Below, one piece after another: positions 25,731-39,300 of a stretch of 64,000 nt of DNA (positions are counted from its first letter, which is position 1; every line of letters begins with the position of its first letter). This stretch comes from Raillietiella orientalis (taxonomy: Eukaryota), in contig JAYWIR010000011.1 in assembly GCA_036172245.1 (NCBI GenBank), positions 2,542,001-2,606,000 of the forward strand. The letters run 5' to 3'. The notes under the pieces are model-generated. The model had not been told where the DNA came from. It ran no database searches and saw nothing but the letters and a program-made list of their open reading frames with translations. The translations under genes and the position numbers were made by a program.

Positions 25731-28700
25731 ATGACTGAAAGAAATAAATTCATTAGCAATAATAAACGATTCCGAAATAGAAACAAACCTTATGAAAGAT
25801 CAAATACCGTGAGTATATATTGTATTTGATTGTTGGTCTTTTGTCCCTACATGTTTGAAGTAAATGTTAATGAACTATTAGGATTTCCATTTTTTTCACA
25901 GTAATTTTTCAAGGATTTGCTGGATACCTAAAGTTTGAATGTTCATATGTGCAAGGGTTGCAAAGTAAGAGGAATGAGAAAAAAAAATTTTTTTACAAGT
26001 TACAAGTTACAAAGTATGTATGAATAGTTGGAATTAGTATATTGGAAATCGTTGCATGCACGTGTTCTCATATGATCTTCTGTGTTATCTGATGAAGATA
26101 TTGCCCATGGTCGATGAGAGATATTACAAGTGTATACCTTAGAAACGTCAATCGTTATTTGCAAACATGCTGTCGAGAGTTGCAAATAGTGATGAGTGAA
26201 CAAATTGCAGAGTGTTTTGGGTAATTATTTTACTTGGAATTTGAAGGTTGCATATTTAACTTTTTTAAGTAACGAAATTCAGCATCGTATTCGCTCAGAG
26301 TTACGTTGCTGAGTTTTTTTGCTATATGGAAGGGATAAGTATAACAAGCATGCAATGTAGAGCTGCATGATCAGTGGATGATGTCTTTTGTGTACTCTAA
26401 ATCCTGTGTATCAGGCCAGTAAGTTAAGTTAGGTTTATATGTATACATAAATAATTTGTGTATGTATGTATTTAGGTGTGTGTATATAGTAATGTGTACA
26501 ATAGATGCCTAGTTACAATGTTGTGAAAACGTTGCATTGAGCCCAATCTGAAATGTTTATGTTTTGATATGTGCCGTGTTTACTTATTTATGCTTGTTGA
26601 AAATTCATATTTGTAAATATATCTAGCTTGAAGCTGGTCTTACAAAGTACCAAGTAATTATTAGAGGTGGTTTTGATAAAATCTAATATGAGGTCTGGTT
26701 ACTAAGACTCCAGTAGATTGCTGAATTTCTTAGCAAGCACATATGCTGTAAACATCAGGGTAATGAAACAGTCATTTCTAAAGTAATCTTTCATGAAGTC
26801 CATTGTCAGAAATGCTGATGTATAGTAATGTGTACTGATGATACCATTATCAAGTATTGAATTTCAGTATAAAGCAATGTATTTCATTGCATTTTTCAAT
26901 ACCCACTTTGTTAACAGTTTTTTTTTGTATGTCTATTCAGTTTCTGTTGATACATTTCATTTGCTGGAAAGATTTTTATTGTTTATTGCACTTGACAGAC
27001 CAAGGATTTGATTAAAAAAAAAAAAGACTTCGCCATAGCAATCTGCAAGCTTAGTTAGCACAAATTTTATGATTACAGCATTTTCAGGAGCTATTTTAGT
27101 GATTTACATGATGAAACATTTGTGTTCTGTATTAAGGATCGTTTCTGATACCTATTTGTGATACTAGTGGGTGATTTGGTGGTCATAAGTTTTTGTCGGA
27201 TGTTTACAAAAGCATAAATTTAATGAAAACCCCAGTTTTGTAATTCTGCTAGTTGAGTGCTAGAGAAATTGCATTGATGAGAACATAAGGTGGTGTATGA
27301 TATTAATTTCCTTTTGTATCAAGCACATATGAGTTAGATTTGTGGGTTGAAATAAAAACTGATTTACAAGCCCTGTCATTCAGGAATGTTTTAAATACTT
27401 GCATATGTTTCTAAATTGTATTTTTGCTGTGGCATGTTTTTCTTTTTCTTGCCAATTTTTTTAGCCAACTGTAATACACTTATTGTGGATCCCCCTCTTC
27501 TCATTTCTCTTGTTTAATCAGTTATTTAGTGAAAGGCCTTACATGAATTTTTAAAGCTGATTTGAAACTTTTAAATAACTTCGATTTTCTAAAACTGTTC
27601 CCAAAATCTTGTTGGATTGTATGCTCTGCGATTTATTTTTTTCAATGCTATAAATTTCAAGTAATTTCTCAGATTATGGAGATAGGAAAAAAACCGTTTT
27701 CAGCATTGCAAATTCTTCAGATTTGTATCCACATTCAGAGGTTATGTTTTGTAGTTTGGTATGTCTTCACATCATGCAAGACCATGATTGTAGCATTTTC
27801 TAAGATAATGTGCTTTTGAATATTTTGTATGTTGTGTTTATTATGTTGTTCTCATAAAAATACCCTTTATAATGATTGAAAGTTATAAAATGCCCTGCAT
27901 AAGTGCTGATCATTGAACCAGTGTGTTTCATAATCCACACTGTTGAAACATTCCAAAGTTATTAATTAGAAGTATTAGTTGCTTAGAAAGCAAGTTCATT
28001 TTTCAGTATGCCATGGTATTAATTGAATTTTATTTAAAAATCACTTATTCTTCTGTTAATAAAATAGCTTTGAGAAATCGTCTGAAAGGGAATAGTGGTA
28101 GTTGTTAAGAACAAATTAATTGATGAAGTTTTGTAAATATTTTGTCAGTCATTTCCTTGATGAATTCTGTGCAGCAATTTTTTTTTGTTTTGCATTTGAG
28201 TGTGCCAATATTATTGTAAAAATCACAGTTTTCAAAAATATACAAGTTCTTAAAGCATCTTGAACTTGGTTATAAAGTTTTTCTGGCTGCTTGGTGCTAT
28301 CTGAAAATTATTGTGCTGTAAATATAGGAGCTTTCAAAAATATGTAAAATAACTAGAGCAACTTATTTTTCAAATTTAAACGATAATATTCATATGCTCT
28401 TTTGTTAATACATTACATGCACATTTCATGTCATATTAATACCTTTCTCAATAAATGCTGTGATCTTCACTCCTTTCATTTGTTGGCAATATTGTATTGG
28501 CCACTGTGAAATGCTCAGATGCTTAAATCTAACTGAATTAAGTTTTGCATAAGCACTTTTTTGTAAATTAGAATATTGATGTCACATTAGAATATTTGAT
28601 TGCACCTATCTCTATTTGACCCAATTTTAATTGATGATTCCTTGATTCACTTCAGTTCTGCATTTAGCAGATTTTTGATGAAAGTTGTTCCTTGATTTTT

Positions 28701-31700
28701 AGTCTTTGCTTGGGCGGGTTTCCAAAAGAATATCAGAAGTTATACCATATACATTGCAACTGTTAACTAACAAAGTCCTTAATTTCCAATCTCATCAAGT
28801 GAATCACGAGGAAACAGGAGACAAATTAGGTGAATGCAAGTATGAATTTTGTGAAGATTTTATCATTATTTCTTAGATGAAAAAATACAGTCTCCACTTA
28901 ACAGTGTGATTAAGTCCAACTCCTGCTTGCTTGCAGAAAGCAATCCTGGACCAAGTTGTAATTCTCATGTTTTTACTTCGACTCCTTATCGATCTAGTGT
29001 ACCTTTCATTAGCCATTCGCAAATTCAGTTAGCAAATGGTCAAGGAAATCGGAAGGACATAGATGATAACGTCGATGATCATTCTTCAGTAACATCTAGT
29101 GGTTGTTCTTCCATGATTCCCAATGTTCAGAGTGATTTGTTTGTTTGTAAAGATACTACAAATAACAGTTCGAAACTGAATCCTGTGCTGCACAGGTCAG
29201 AATCTGATGCTCTTAATGCTGAATCTTTTCGTGGCAATAGTTTGAAGAAAGGAACTCCTTCAAAAAAAATTAAGCAAACTGGTTGGTAACAAGTTATGTT
29301 GAAAGTATGTTGAATTACTTTTATTTTCAGAAGTGCATTCATTATGGTCAGACATTTCTTGCAGCTCTCAAAAAGATGGAAAATATACCAGACTAAATAA
29401 AACAGTAAGCAACATGGAATCTTTCCTTTGGAGTTTACTCATTGTATTTAAAGAATCAGTCTGCCCATGATCGCAGTTTGGATTCTTCCTTTTATCCTGG
29501 ACGTACTTCTTTTGGTGGTGCTGCAGCTCATTTGAGCTTAAAAAGAATCCCATATCAAATTAATGTCCGCCCACAAGTCAAAGCTACTAATCAAGATACA
29601 TTTCCCACTACTATGTTGAGCAACACTGCACAAAAAGTATTTGACAGTTTGCAGCGCCTTTCAACTCCAGTTAATGATGTGAAGAAAATCCCATTGATTC
29701 CAAATATGCGTAATGAGTTAGAAATAAGAAATAATCATACAATGATCAGAACTCGGCAGTCTCGTAAAAAGCATAGTGATGGGCCTCCTTTATCTCTGTT
29801 CAGCCTGCCATTATCATCCAACAGTGGATGTAAAATGCGAACCAAGTTAACTGATTCACATTATAGACGCAAAGAAAATTGGCTCCCTCCAGTAACTCTT
29901 CCTCAAGTCTCTCTTCCAATTTCCAGTGTAAATGAACTAAAGAAGGATTTTATGAAAATTCAGCCAGCTTGCTTTTCGTTTTCCTCCCCTATAAGTCATT
30001 TGGCCCCTGCATCTTCTTCTGTTGGATCTGATACCATTTTTCGCTTCAGTTCCCCAATTGTGGTTTCTTCAGGAGCAAGTGGAAGATCAAGTAAATCCAC
30101 AAATGAAGAGCCTTCACAAGAAAGTGCAAGTGTCATTTCCATGAAACAGTCTAATGATTTTAGATTTCAAGTATCAGAAAGTGAGGAACTTACTAAGCAT
30201 TCAAATTCTGATGTCTGTAATAATAGCAGACATTCTTGTTCAGTTCCCCAAGGTGATTCTGAAAAACAGATAAAAGGTATTCTTTCATCTTCATCTGAAG
30301 TGAAATGCTTAAATCAAGTAGCTAATGGTTCTTCATCTGAAAAAGATTGGGAATGTGATGTTTGTTGGGTACGCAATCTTTCCAGTTCACAGGTGTGTGT
30401 GGCTTGTGAAGCAACGCGCCCTGGTAAACCTAGTGCTATTGGCTCTTATCAGTTTGGTGCAATTGTCCCTCAAATTTCAAAATCCTCTACCGTTCTCCCA
30501 AGCATATCTCCTTTTGCAACATCCTCAAGCAATACGTCTATGCTTGTTTTACCGAAGGGGCGCAACGAAAGCTCTTTGACATCTTCAGAAGTTGTGACTG
30601 GTAATTTAAATCCTTTAGGAAGCATGTATAGCACACCCTATACATGCAGCAGCTCTGTCATTAGTCCGACAGTTGGTGTTTCTTCATCTTTTGAAACAGT
30701 TAGTGTGTGTCAGCCTCAGACTAGTACCACTCCTTATCAAACCCATTCTGTTAATTCTGGAAATGGCAGTGCTAGCAAAAGTTTGATCTGTGAAGCTTCG
30801 GTTGATGTTCCTCGTCCAGAGCCCATAGATTCTCTGGCAGCTTTTCCAGTGAATGCTAGCTTTTCAGTAAATGCTTCATCAAGCTTCTCAAATAAATTTA
30901 ACTTTGGTTCATCTTTGACATCTACTGTTGCCACTGTGTCAGAACCAGAATCTTCAAAAGTGACAGCCGTGGGGTCTCCAAAAGTGACAGCCGTGGGGTC
31001 TCCAAAAGTGACAGCAGTGGAGTCTCCAAAAGTGACAACAATGGAGTCTCCAAAAGTGACAGCAGTGGAGTCTCCAAAAGTGACAGCAGTGGAGTCTCCA
31101 AAAGTGACAGCAGTGGAATTGACAGAAGTAACATCTCTAAGTACTTCGTCAGTTCCAAACACCAATGCCAAAATCACTTTGGGACAATCTGCTTCCCCTG
31201 CATTGACTTCCAGTCTTGCAGGTCCTGCATTAACTTCAGGAAGTTTTGGAGGATTTATGTTTGGAACACCTACCAGTGCTTCATCAAATGCTCCAATATT
31301 TACATTTGGATCCACTGCCACAACAAGTACAACTCCAGTTTCTCTTCAACAACCCATCATCAAATCTGGTAATTTTTTTTTTCTGTAGTTATTTTTAGAT
31401 ACTCAATCTGTTTTTAAGGAACAACTATGACTCCAACCACCTCAGTATTTTCTGTTAATAACACTCCAGTTTTTACCTTTTCTGGAAATTCTACTTTTGG
31501 AGCTATGCAAGCAAATTCAGCTGCTCCTATGACAGAGATCACGAATGGAACAAAACCATTCACGGAAGCTGCAATGGCTAGTAATGTGAATCTACCTGTT
31601 CCAAATGCTGGAATATGCCATTCAAATACATTTGGCAACCTTTCTGGAAATTCTGCCATGCCAGCTTTTGAAGGCATCGAAAATAAGCAAAATGCTGGAT

Positions 31701-32483
31701 TTCAGTTTGATTCTGTTGCCAAACCAGATAATAAACTGGCACCTCCAGTGTTTATCTTTGGGGCCGAAAGTAGCACTGTTGACAGAACGAAAATGTTTGA
31801 TGTGCAGTCCCAAAGTAATTTGACTAAGCCCGCTAATACGCATACTTTTAGTATGGTTCCCAGTAATTTTCGTACTAGTTCTCTGAATGTGCCCACTATG
31901 ACTTCTACTAGTCCTGATCCATTGTTTCCAAGAAACAGTGCCTTTGAACCTTCCAATAAGTTCCCAACACTTGTTGCAGAGGCCTGCAATGCTACACCCT
32001 TTTCATTTGCTTCCAATCCAGCAGGCTCATTGCTCAACAATTCATCTGGTTCAACTCAAAGTGGTACCCCATTTTCTTTTAAATCCTCGTTTGCTCCTGT
32101 TGGATCCTCCATTTTTGAGACAAATGTATCTTTGTCAAACCCTGCCCCCCAGAATTTTTTTTCTGCTGTAACTTCGTGTGCGTCCCCCTTTCCTTCCGTA
32201 CCAGCAACTTCATCGGCAACCTTTTCTTCAAATACTAATGCCTTTACCTTTGCTCCAACAGGTGGCTTTAATTTTACGCAGCAAAACAAACCGTTTTTCT
32301 TTAAAGGAGCCCCGCAGCAACCTCCTGCGCAGTCATCCCAGTTTACTCCAAATTCTCAGAGGTAAAAAGCGAGCACGCGCCTTTCGAATAAGACTAATTT
32401 GTTTCAGTAATAACCCATTCAATCCTCCATCCCAGCAAAGGGTCGTGCGAAAAGCAGTGCGCCGACTGAAAAAACCGTCTTGA
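25731..32483 (+). CDS. Nup153: Nuclear pore complex protein Nup153
   Basis: Exons 25731-25808, 28703-28829, 28877-29281, 29331-29404, 29454-31368, 31419-32361 and 32408-32483 splice in frame. N-terminal KPYER/SLLGRVSKRISEVIP, SSFYPGRTSFGGAAA, RanBP2-type finger WECDVCWVRN..CVAC, FxFG-type repeats, C-terminal RVVRKAVRR; AATAAA at 32578-32583. Confidence 0.92.
30951..31118 (+). repeat. Coding minisatellite, 7 x 24 bp (SPKVTAV[G/E])
   Basis: Unit TCTCCAAAAGTGACAGCAGTGGAG, starting at 30951, 30975, 30999, 31023, 31047, 31071 and 31095. Confidence 0.95.
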
Positions 32484-34859
32484 TTAAGGATGTCCTACAA
32501 ACTCCAAAAAGCCGAAGAGCACTTGGTTTGCAAATGTGATAATTGGAAACTCTCCAATTTTATTCTTGAAAGATCGCAATAAAAAAAAACAAGAGGGTTT
32601 TCAGCTTTGTGTTATTTGCACCCCGCATCCGTTTCCCGTTGGTGCCCCCCCCCCCTGCGACGTGTTGGTTCTCCATCTACTACTACAAAAAGGAAATTTG
32701 CTCAGTGTGGGGTGCCATCAGAGTGGGATTTCTGGCCGACCCAAGCGCGCCCCCACTACCCCTCCCTGATCTTTATTTCGTTTCTCGTGTTTGACCTTTT
32801 CACTGCGCTGTTGCTTTCTTTTTGTGGAAGCCTCCTGCGCGCAAGGAGTCCCGGTGCCTGTACCCCGGAACGGGCAGCGGAGGCGCCTTGGTACAGAGAT
32901 TTTTCATTTCCTGCATCCACCTTTGACTTTGCAGATTGCAAGTCGTAAGGGGTCGACAGCTCTGGTCCCGGCAGCGAAATTTATTGCATTCTGTTTGCAA
33001 AGTCGCATCGATTTTCCCGAAGTTCCCGGGGGGGGGGGGCCGACGTGCACACGTGAAGTTCGCGAGTGGTGCGGACGTATCCCTGCGTGTGGATACGTCG
33101 TTCTCATCCCCGCCCTCATTTCGAATGTTATCTGAGCATTTTCTTTTTTTTCTTCAAAAGGATGTTCGACTGACGCTGGGTAGGCACGGTTGCGTCGTTC
33201 CAAGTGGACGTGGTCGTCTGCGCGCTTTCTCCCTGCGAGGAAGGCGGCGGTCAGCTCACGTGGACAACTCGTCTGCGTGTGCTTCGGGAATGCGGGAGTC
33301 GCATCAGCGGGTCTCTCTCCCAGAAGTGAGGTGGATGGGAAAATGAAAAACCGAAGTGGTCGTGGACTTCCGCTTGCTCCAGTTTCTTGCTTGTCGCCTG
33401 GTGGCGGTTTGTGACCTCGTATGCTTCCGTTCTGTGTTCCTCGTAGAGAGTCAGGTACCCGAAATGTTTCCGGAAGTCCTTGATGGAACGCTAAAACGAA
33501 ACCAAGAAAAAAGAAAAAAAAAAAAAAACGAAAGTGTTCGCCTCGGGTAGCGCTTCAAAAAACGAAAACGGAATTCTTTCCCTTTCGCGCGTGAGTTTGT
33601 AGAACGAAAAGGTGGAAGGTTACGGATCCCTTCACGGGTAAACCACGGATGTGTCAATCCTGGGTCTCGGGACGCGATTATGGGACGCTGGTGTTTCTGT
33701 GGGAAAGAAGGAAAAAATCGGTGCAATCGGGAGGATGGTGAACCGTTTCCCTGAAATGATGGTGGGTAACTGACCTTCGAATGCAGCGTGTTTCGGTTAA
33801 GAAGAAACGCGAGTTTTCAGGTTGGGTGGCAGTCCACTCGTTTCGCCCCTTTTCACTAAAAGGCCGTTCTTTCCCTCGCAGTGCCAAAAAGTTCTTGACG
33901 ATTCTTCTCCCCTCAGGCTGTGTCCTAGCCATTAGCCTTCGGGTTGCCGAATTTCGTTGTGGATCCATGATTCGTGGTTCCTCTCGCGCTGCTGTCGTAC
34001 GTAGGTCTCATTCCACGGTTCAGCTGTGACGTCACACGAGCAGCTGATTGTGTGGGGGTTTAGGGCTTGAGTGCACATTGCAAGCATCATCCTGGATGTA
34101 ATTTCGGCCCATTACGTGGCTGCGTACTGTCTTGGGGTTCGTAGGGAAGCGGTTTAAAAAACAAAAAAACACGCATTCGTTTAAAGCGACGATGTTGGTC
34201 TTCCCCTCTCCAGACAGTTTGCGCGTCGGGAACGATGATCCTTTCTTGGCATTCGGGTTTCCGTCGCTCCCAAACGGGCGGGTATGTCGCAGTTCGACCA
34301 CTGTATTGGATTCATGGCGATTGCGGAATGAATAAATCTTCTTCTGGAGTGGGGTACGTGATTTCGAGTTTTATCTCTGAAACGAATGCTTTTCCTCGCG
34401 ACCCTGGTTTGGCGGGTTTGCTCCGGGACATCTAGTTGGTCCAAACGTACGGCAGGCACAGTCCGTCTGCGGGTTTTTGCTCCTCCACCTCCCCTCCCCC
34501 GCCTACGGAACGCGGTGGGCAGCGTGACACACTTATGCAACATTGCATCGTTTCGGAGATGCTTAATGGAGTTCGCTTGCGTCACTCCTCCGTTACGCAG
34601 TCTTCAGCGTCCTCGGGAGTGCAGGGTTTTGGGCGGGGTTTCGTGCATTTTGCCATTTTCAGAAGTTCTCTTTTTGAATTCGTAACTCCTTCGAGGGGTC
34701 GCGCTGCATCTCCAGGAGTTCGTAGACGTCGAAACGTCACGGGGTCTTGCCGAAGAGTTGAGCCTGCCCGGCACTTTTTCTTTCTTTATTTTTTCCGAGT
34801 TTTCTTCTTTGTGATTCGCCGGGTGGTGAAGAAACGGTGGCCTCCTCAGGGGGGAGGCG

Positions 34860-35790
34860 AACGGAGCTCTTGAACGCTGTCTCCGCCAGCCGATGGTGTG
34901 CGCCTATCTTCAGGTTACAGGGGGTACCCCAAAGGGACCACCCTATGGATCCAGAAAGGGCTCCGGAGGAAAGGAGTCAGTTTCTCTCACGCCTGGGGAG
35001 GAATCCCCGAAAGTAGTCACCTCTTCCCCATTCTCTCCGGAGGGGCATTCCCTGGAGGGGGATCACTCCTGGAATCTCTTCTCCGGTGGGATCCTTCGCA
35101 AGGGATCCAATCTCTCCTGGTTTCCTCCTTTTCTGAAGAGAATCCCGAAGGGACGCTTCCCGATTTCTCTGGAGGGTGCCCCCTGAAGGGAGCAGCGCGC
35201 TTCTTGGCACTCTGGAGATGCACCAACCAGCTCCAAGGAACGCGATGGAAAGGGTCCTTCTCCGAGGGGAGGGAGAGGGGGGGGGACGGCTCCATTTTCA
35301 CAACCAGAGGAAGGCCCCGAAGGGAGCCGGGACTCATCGATTCTTGAAGAACCTCGGAATCCCGGCCAGTCGACGGGGGCATCCGCTTTCCGGCTGCTTC
35401 CGCCGGTGCCGCTGGACCCCGAATAGGACAACCAGTGTCGTCCTGCAGGGGGGACACTCGAAACTCATGGCTCACTCCCCCGTTCTCGGGGTCGACCCTT
35501 CCTCGGGCGGGCTTCGAACCCGCGATGGTGAGTGCGACGTGTGCGGAGGCCTCTGCAGCTGCGCGGCCGCGAGTGCGGGCCTCCCACTTTCTCGGTTTCC
35601 ACTTGGGAGCAGGGGAGAGCATCGCGGCTTCTGATTTGGAAGAGGGGAAGCTGGTCAAGAAAATCAGGTCGGAGATCTTCGCGCCGTCCGAATGCCGGGC
35701 CGCTGCTGGTGTTCCAAGTGTTGGTTCCAAGGTCAAAGCACGCGCTGAAAGTCCTTTTGCTCCTCGCGCCGCAAGAGACTCCCAGACGCG
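34860..35790 (+). mobile_element. Subfamily C LINE derivative
   Basis: Shares blocks such as TTTCCTCCTTTTCTGAAGAGAATCCCGAAGGGACGCTTCCCGATTTCTCTGGAGGGTGC with 8884-8944 and with the reverse complement of ~41170-41230. Confidence 0.6.
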
Positions 35791-36387
35791 CGCTCACACC
35801 CGCCGTCCTCTTCCGCAAGCGCGCGTCGGACTCGACGCGGGTTTCACGTCGTTGCTCTTTCGTGGTCCATGACGCTTGGGATTTCTCTCCTTTCAAGGCC
35901 AAACTTCCGCGAAGGATGCGAAGGGATTCGCCCTGCAAGTGGAGAAGGCGCCTGCTTTCGAGGAACCGCACCAGTCCGAGCGTGTCCGTCTCCATTTTGA
36001 GGAAGCAGGGAGGAACGCGGTGCAGGGCTTCCACCCCCATTCCAAGAAAGATCGCGTTTCCGAGGGACGCGTGGTTTCCAAAGAAGGGGAAGGTGGGGGG
36101 GGGGGTTCGACCCTTAGCATTCCCTCAGGACGGAAGCCGATTCGTCCCTCGCCTCGGGAAACTTCTGCCCGCACTCGCATCCCTCTGGAGAGTGCGTTTC
36201 CGCCCGGTCGTTCGCTGGGAAAAACTCGACAGCGAGTCGTTCACAAAGGTGCCACCACTTCCTCGTGCTCCGTGGCAGTCTTCTGCTCGGGTCGGTCGCC
36301 GGAAAGGATCCGCGCAGGGAGAGGAAGGGGAAGGAAAACAAACAAAATAAATACCAAACGAAGAAGACACTGAACTATTTGGGGGTT

Positions 36388-39300
36388 GCTACCCGGTCAC
36401 GCCGAGGCGTTTATTTAAAAATCTTCTATATGTTTGTGGTGCAAGGCCCCACTACGGCAAACACATCATGGGACCTGCCGGGTCACCTGTACTCAGACCG
36501 ACTCGACTCTCCTCGGCAGCGGAGGGGGATAGCGAAAAAACAAAAAGAAAAATAAAACAAAAATTAAAACAAAGAAACACTTTGGAAGGTCGGGAAAGGA
36601 TTACTCTCCGCTGGGAAGGGGTTCATCCTTTTCAGGATGCCTTCGAGATCCATCCGTATGTTTCCCAGGTGGGGCCATCTGGTCACAATCCGCAGGAAGC
36701 GAACTGCAAACTCGATGGCGTCCCTTTCGTTGTTTCCTCCGATGGCATCATTCCATGCTGCCACAATACCTTCGATGCAGCAAAGTGCTGCTAGGGCTGG
36801 AGCCGGGCTCAGAGCGTCCCGAAGAAGGAGCACGAAGAGGAGCCAAAAAACATCCCTGGGGGGAGCTACCAACCGGGATCCGGAGGGTCGTCGCAAAACG
36901 TTCCCAAAGGGGCCGGAGGGCAGCGGAGTCCACTAACAGGTGTGGGAGGGATTCCTGTTCCTCGTACCTGGCACAGTTCGGGATCTCCCTCCCCAGCGTC
37001 CAGTGGTGGCGGCGCGTTGCAGGGAAGACCCAAGTGCAACAGCAGAAGCGCCGTTTCCTGCCACTTTAGGGGGAGGGTCCTCGTATCATTCATCACTGAG
37101 AGCCACTTCAGCTCATCCGTCGGGATGCCAAGCAGCTCGCCCCATCTTATTAATCCACGCGGAAGGACGCTCGGGGTCGTGGCGTCCACCAGCTGTCCCA
37201 TGGTCCAATCGCTTAACTTCTTTTCCCTGCCTGCGATTCGACAGGAGACTTGCCACCTCGGCGTTCAGCTGCTGCCAAGTACCTTCCTCAAGAAAAGCAT
37301 AGCTGTAGCTAGGGGGTCGTCTCTGCCCACGTGCTTCTGGTGGGACCTTCCAGTATGTTCCACAGTGAGCAGCGGGCGTAGTTAGAGAAGCGCAGGCAGT
37401 TCCAGCTGTCAATTCCTCATTGAATAGATCTCTGTTCAACCTCGTCCACGTGCCATCCTCTAGTCATGCGCTAGAGTTGGTGGGGCTGCATACCATCCAG
37501 ACATTCTCCTTGGCCAGTGTGGCCATGCATCCTAGGAGAAGGCCGCATCTTCTTATCTTCCGGCTGGGGCACAAAACATGAGACTCCAGTCCTTCCGTCC
37601 CGGATACACGGCGGGCGAGGAGGCGGGTGGAACGCACCAAGGGGTGCTCCAATACTTCGCTGCAATGGCCATGGCTCGCCAGAGCAGCTGAATGTCTATC
37701 CGCTCACGCGTCATGAGGCCAAGACCGCCGTCCTGACGCGGAACGCCCAAGTCCTTCAGAGGCACGAAATGTTTGGGGGAGAGGGGGGAGGCCACGACGA
37801 CACTTTTCCGAGTGTCCGCTCGCACGCAGCTCTGCGGCGAAACTTGGGTCGCGATGGGGTCTTCGCGCAAATTGCAACTGGAGGCACGGTGTTACCGTCT
37901 CCGGTGAGACAGAGCAACCGGGCACGCTCCATCCTCGGAGTCTTCCTCCGTCACCCTTGGAAGACAACCTCAGCGGCGATCCTGAGGCAAAAGACTGGCC
38001 GCAGGACAACCATCCTCCCTCAAGATAGAGTCGAGCCGTCTGCTGCTGCTACGTCGCTCGGCTCGAGATGGACCACGCACCGATGCTAAGCAGGACGAGG
38101 CATCAAGGGTGCACCTTCCTTTTTTTTTCTTCCGTCTGAGCAGCTGTCCCCGTGAAGGACCGGTCCCGGATGCGAACAGCGCGCGGTCGCACAAGATGCG
38201 CGTGGAAGGGACAGTGCTCTGTGTACAAGAGGATCTCTGTCTGGATGACGTCATGGTTCTTGATGCTGGCGCTGAAATCCACGTCTGGACTGGTGAGGGT
38301 GTTTCTTGGGAAGAGATAGGCAGAGCTGGCTCAGGATGACACCCTGACGGGACTGAGCGAAAGGACGTCGGATTCCGTGGTCGTCCCGGCAACGTCAGCA
38401 ACCTGAGGACCTCAACGCTTTCTTCCTTGTTCGGGATGAAGACATGTGAGGGAAGCGGAGATCTGTCTAACTGATGGTGTGGGGTTCCACGTGACAGACT
38501 CGAGGGGTCGCACGGCAACCAGGACTTGCGGCTAAAGGCGCCAGGGGGTCTCCTTCCTGATGCGTTGTCCACAGTGCCGGGAGATTGCGGGCGGAAGGCG
38601 ATCCGGGAGATTTCTTCGGCTAAGTCGAAGGTCACATGGCTGCTGGGGTCTCCGTGCGTGTCGCTATAAGCGTCGCGGGTTCGAATACTCAACAAGGATC
38701 GACGCTGAGAGATGGGGGGGTATCGTGGGTTCGAGTTCCTCCCGCGAGATGACTGGTCGGCCTCTATTCGGGTGCGGTACTGGTAGAAGCTGGTTGACAC
38801 CCGGAAACGCCGGGGCGTATATTTCTAGGCCTACATGTCTGTGGCAGGACGTTTGATCCTTCCACGTTACTTATGGATACGAAAGGGAGCCTGCCAGGAT
38901 CTGGCACGCAGGCCAGCAGGATGAGCCTCGGCAGCACGAGGGAAGGGAAGACAAACAAAAAGAGAAAAACAAACAAAAAAAACTCTAGTCAAAAAGGATG
39001 AAGGGAGGGGGCGGTTCGGGAAGGAATCACTGTGTGTTGGAGGGCGCTTTCTGCATCCTTGTAAGGATGCTGGCGAGTTCCTGTTTTATGGTTCCCAGAT
39101 GGGGCCATCTTGACTCTGTCCTCGTGTAGAGGACAGCAAAATGGATGGCGTCCCTGTCGTTCTGGCCTCTGGCGTTGTCTCATGTGGTCACGATCCCTCG
39201 TAGGTAGCACAGTGCTGCTAGGGATGCGGCCGGCGAGAGGGCGTTGCTCAGGAAGAGGCGCTTTAAAACGTTTCTGACGTTGTCGCCGGGGGTTCCAAGG

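Noticed and set aside
27108..27148. C/D box snoRNA in Nup153 intron (ATGATGA...CTGA)
   Set aside because: Boxes are only ~40 nt apart, there is no terminal stem, and such matches are common in AT-rich DNA.
30951..31118. CRISPR-like array
   Set aside because: Units are contiguous with no unique spacers, lie in frame in a eukaryotic exon, and no cas genes are present.
14800..32600. Contaminant or horizontally transferred island explaining the AT-rich block
   Set aside because: It contains conserved intron-bearing metazoan genes, and composition changes within Nup153's 3' end and gradually on the left.
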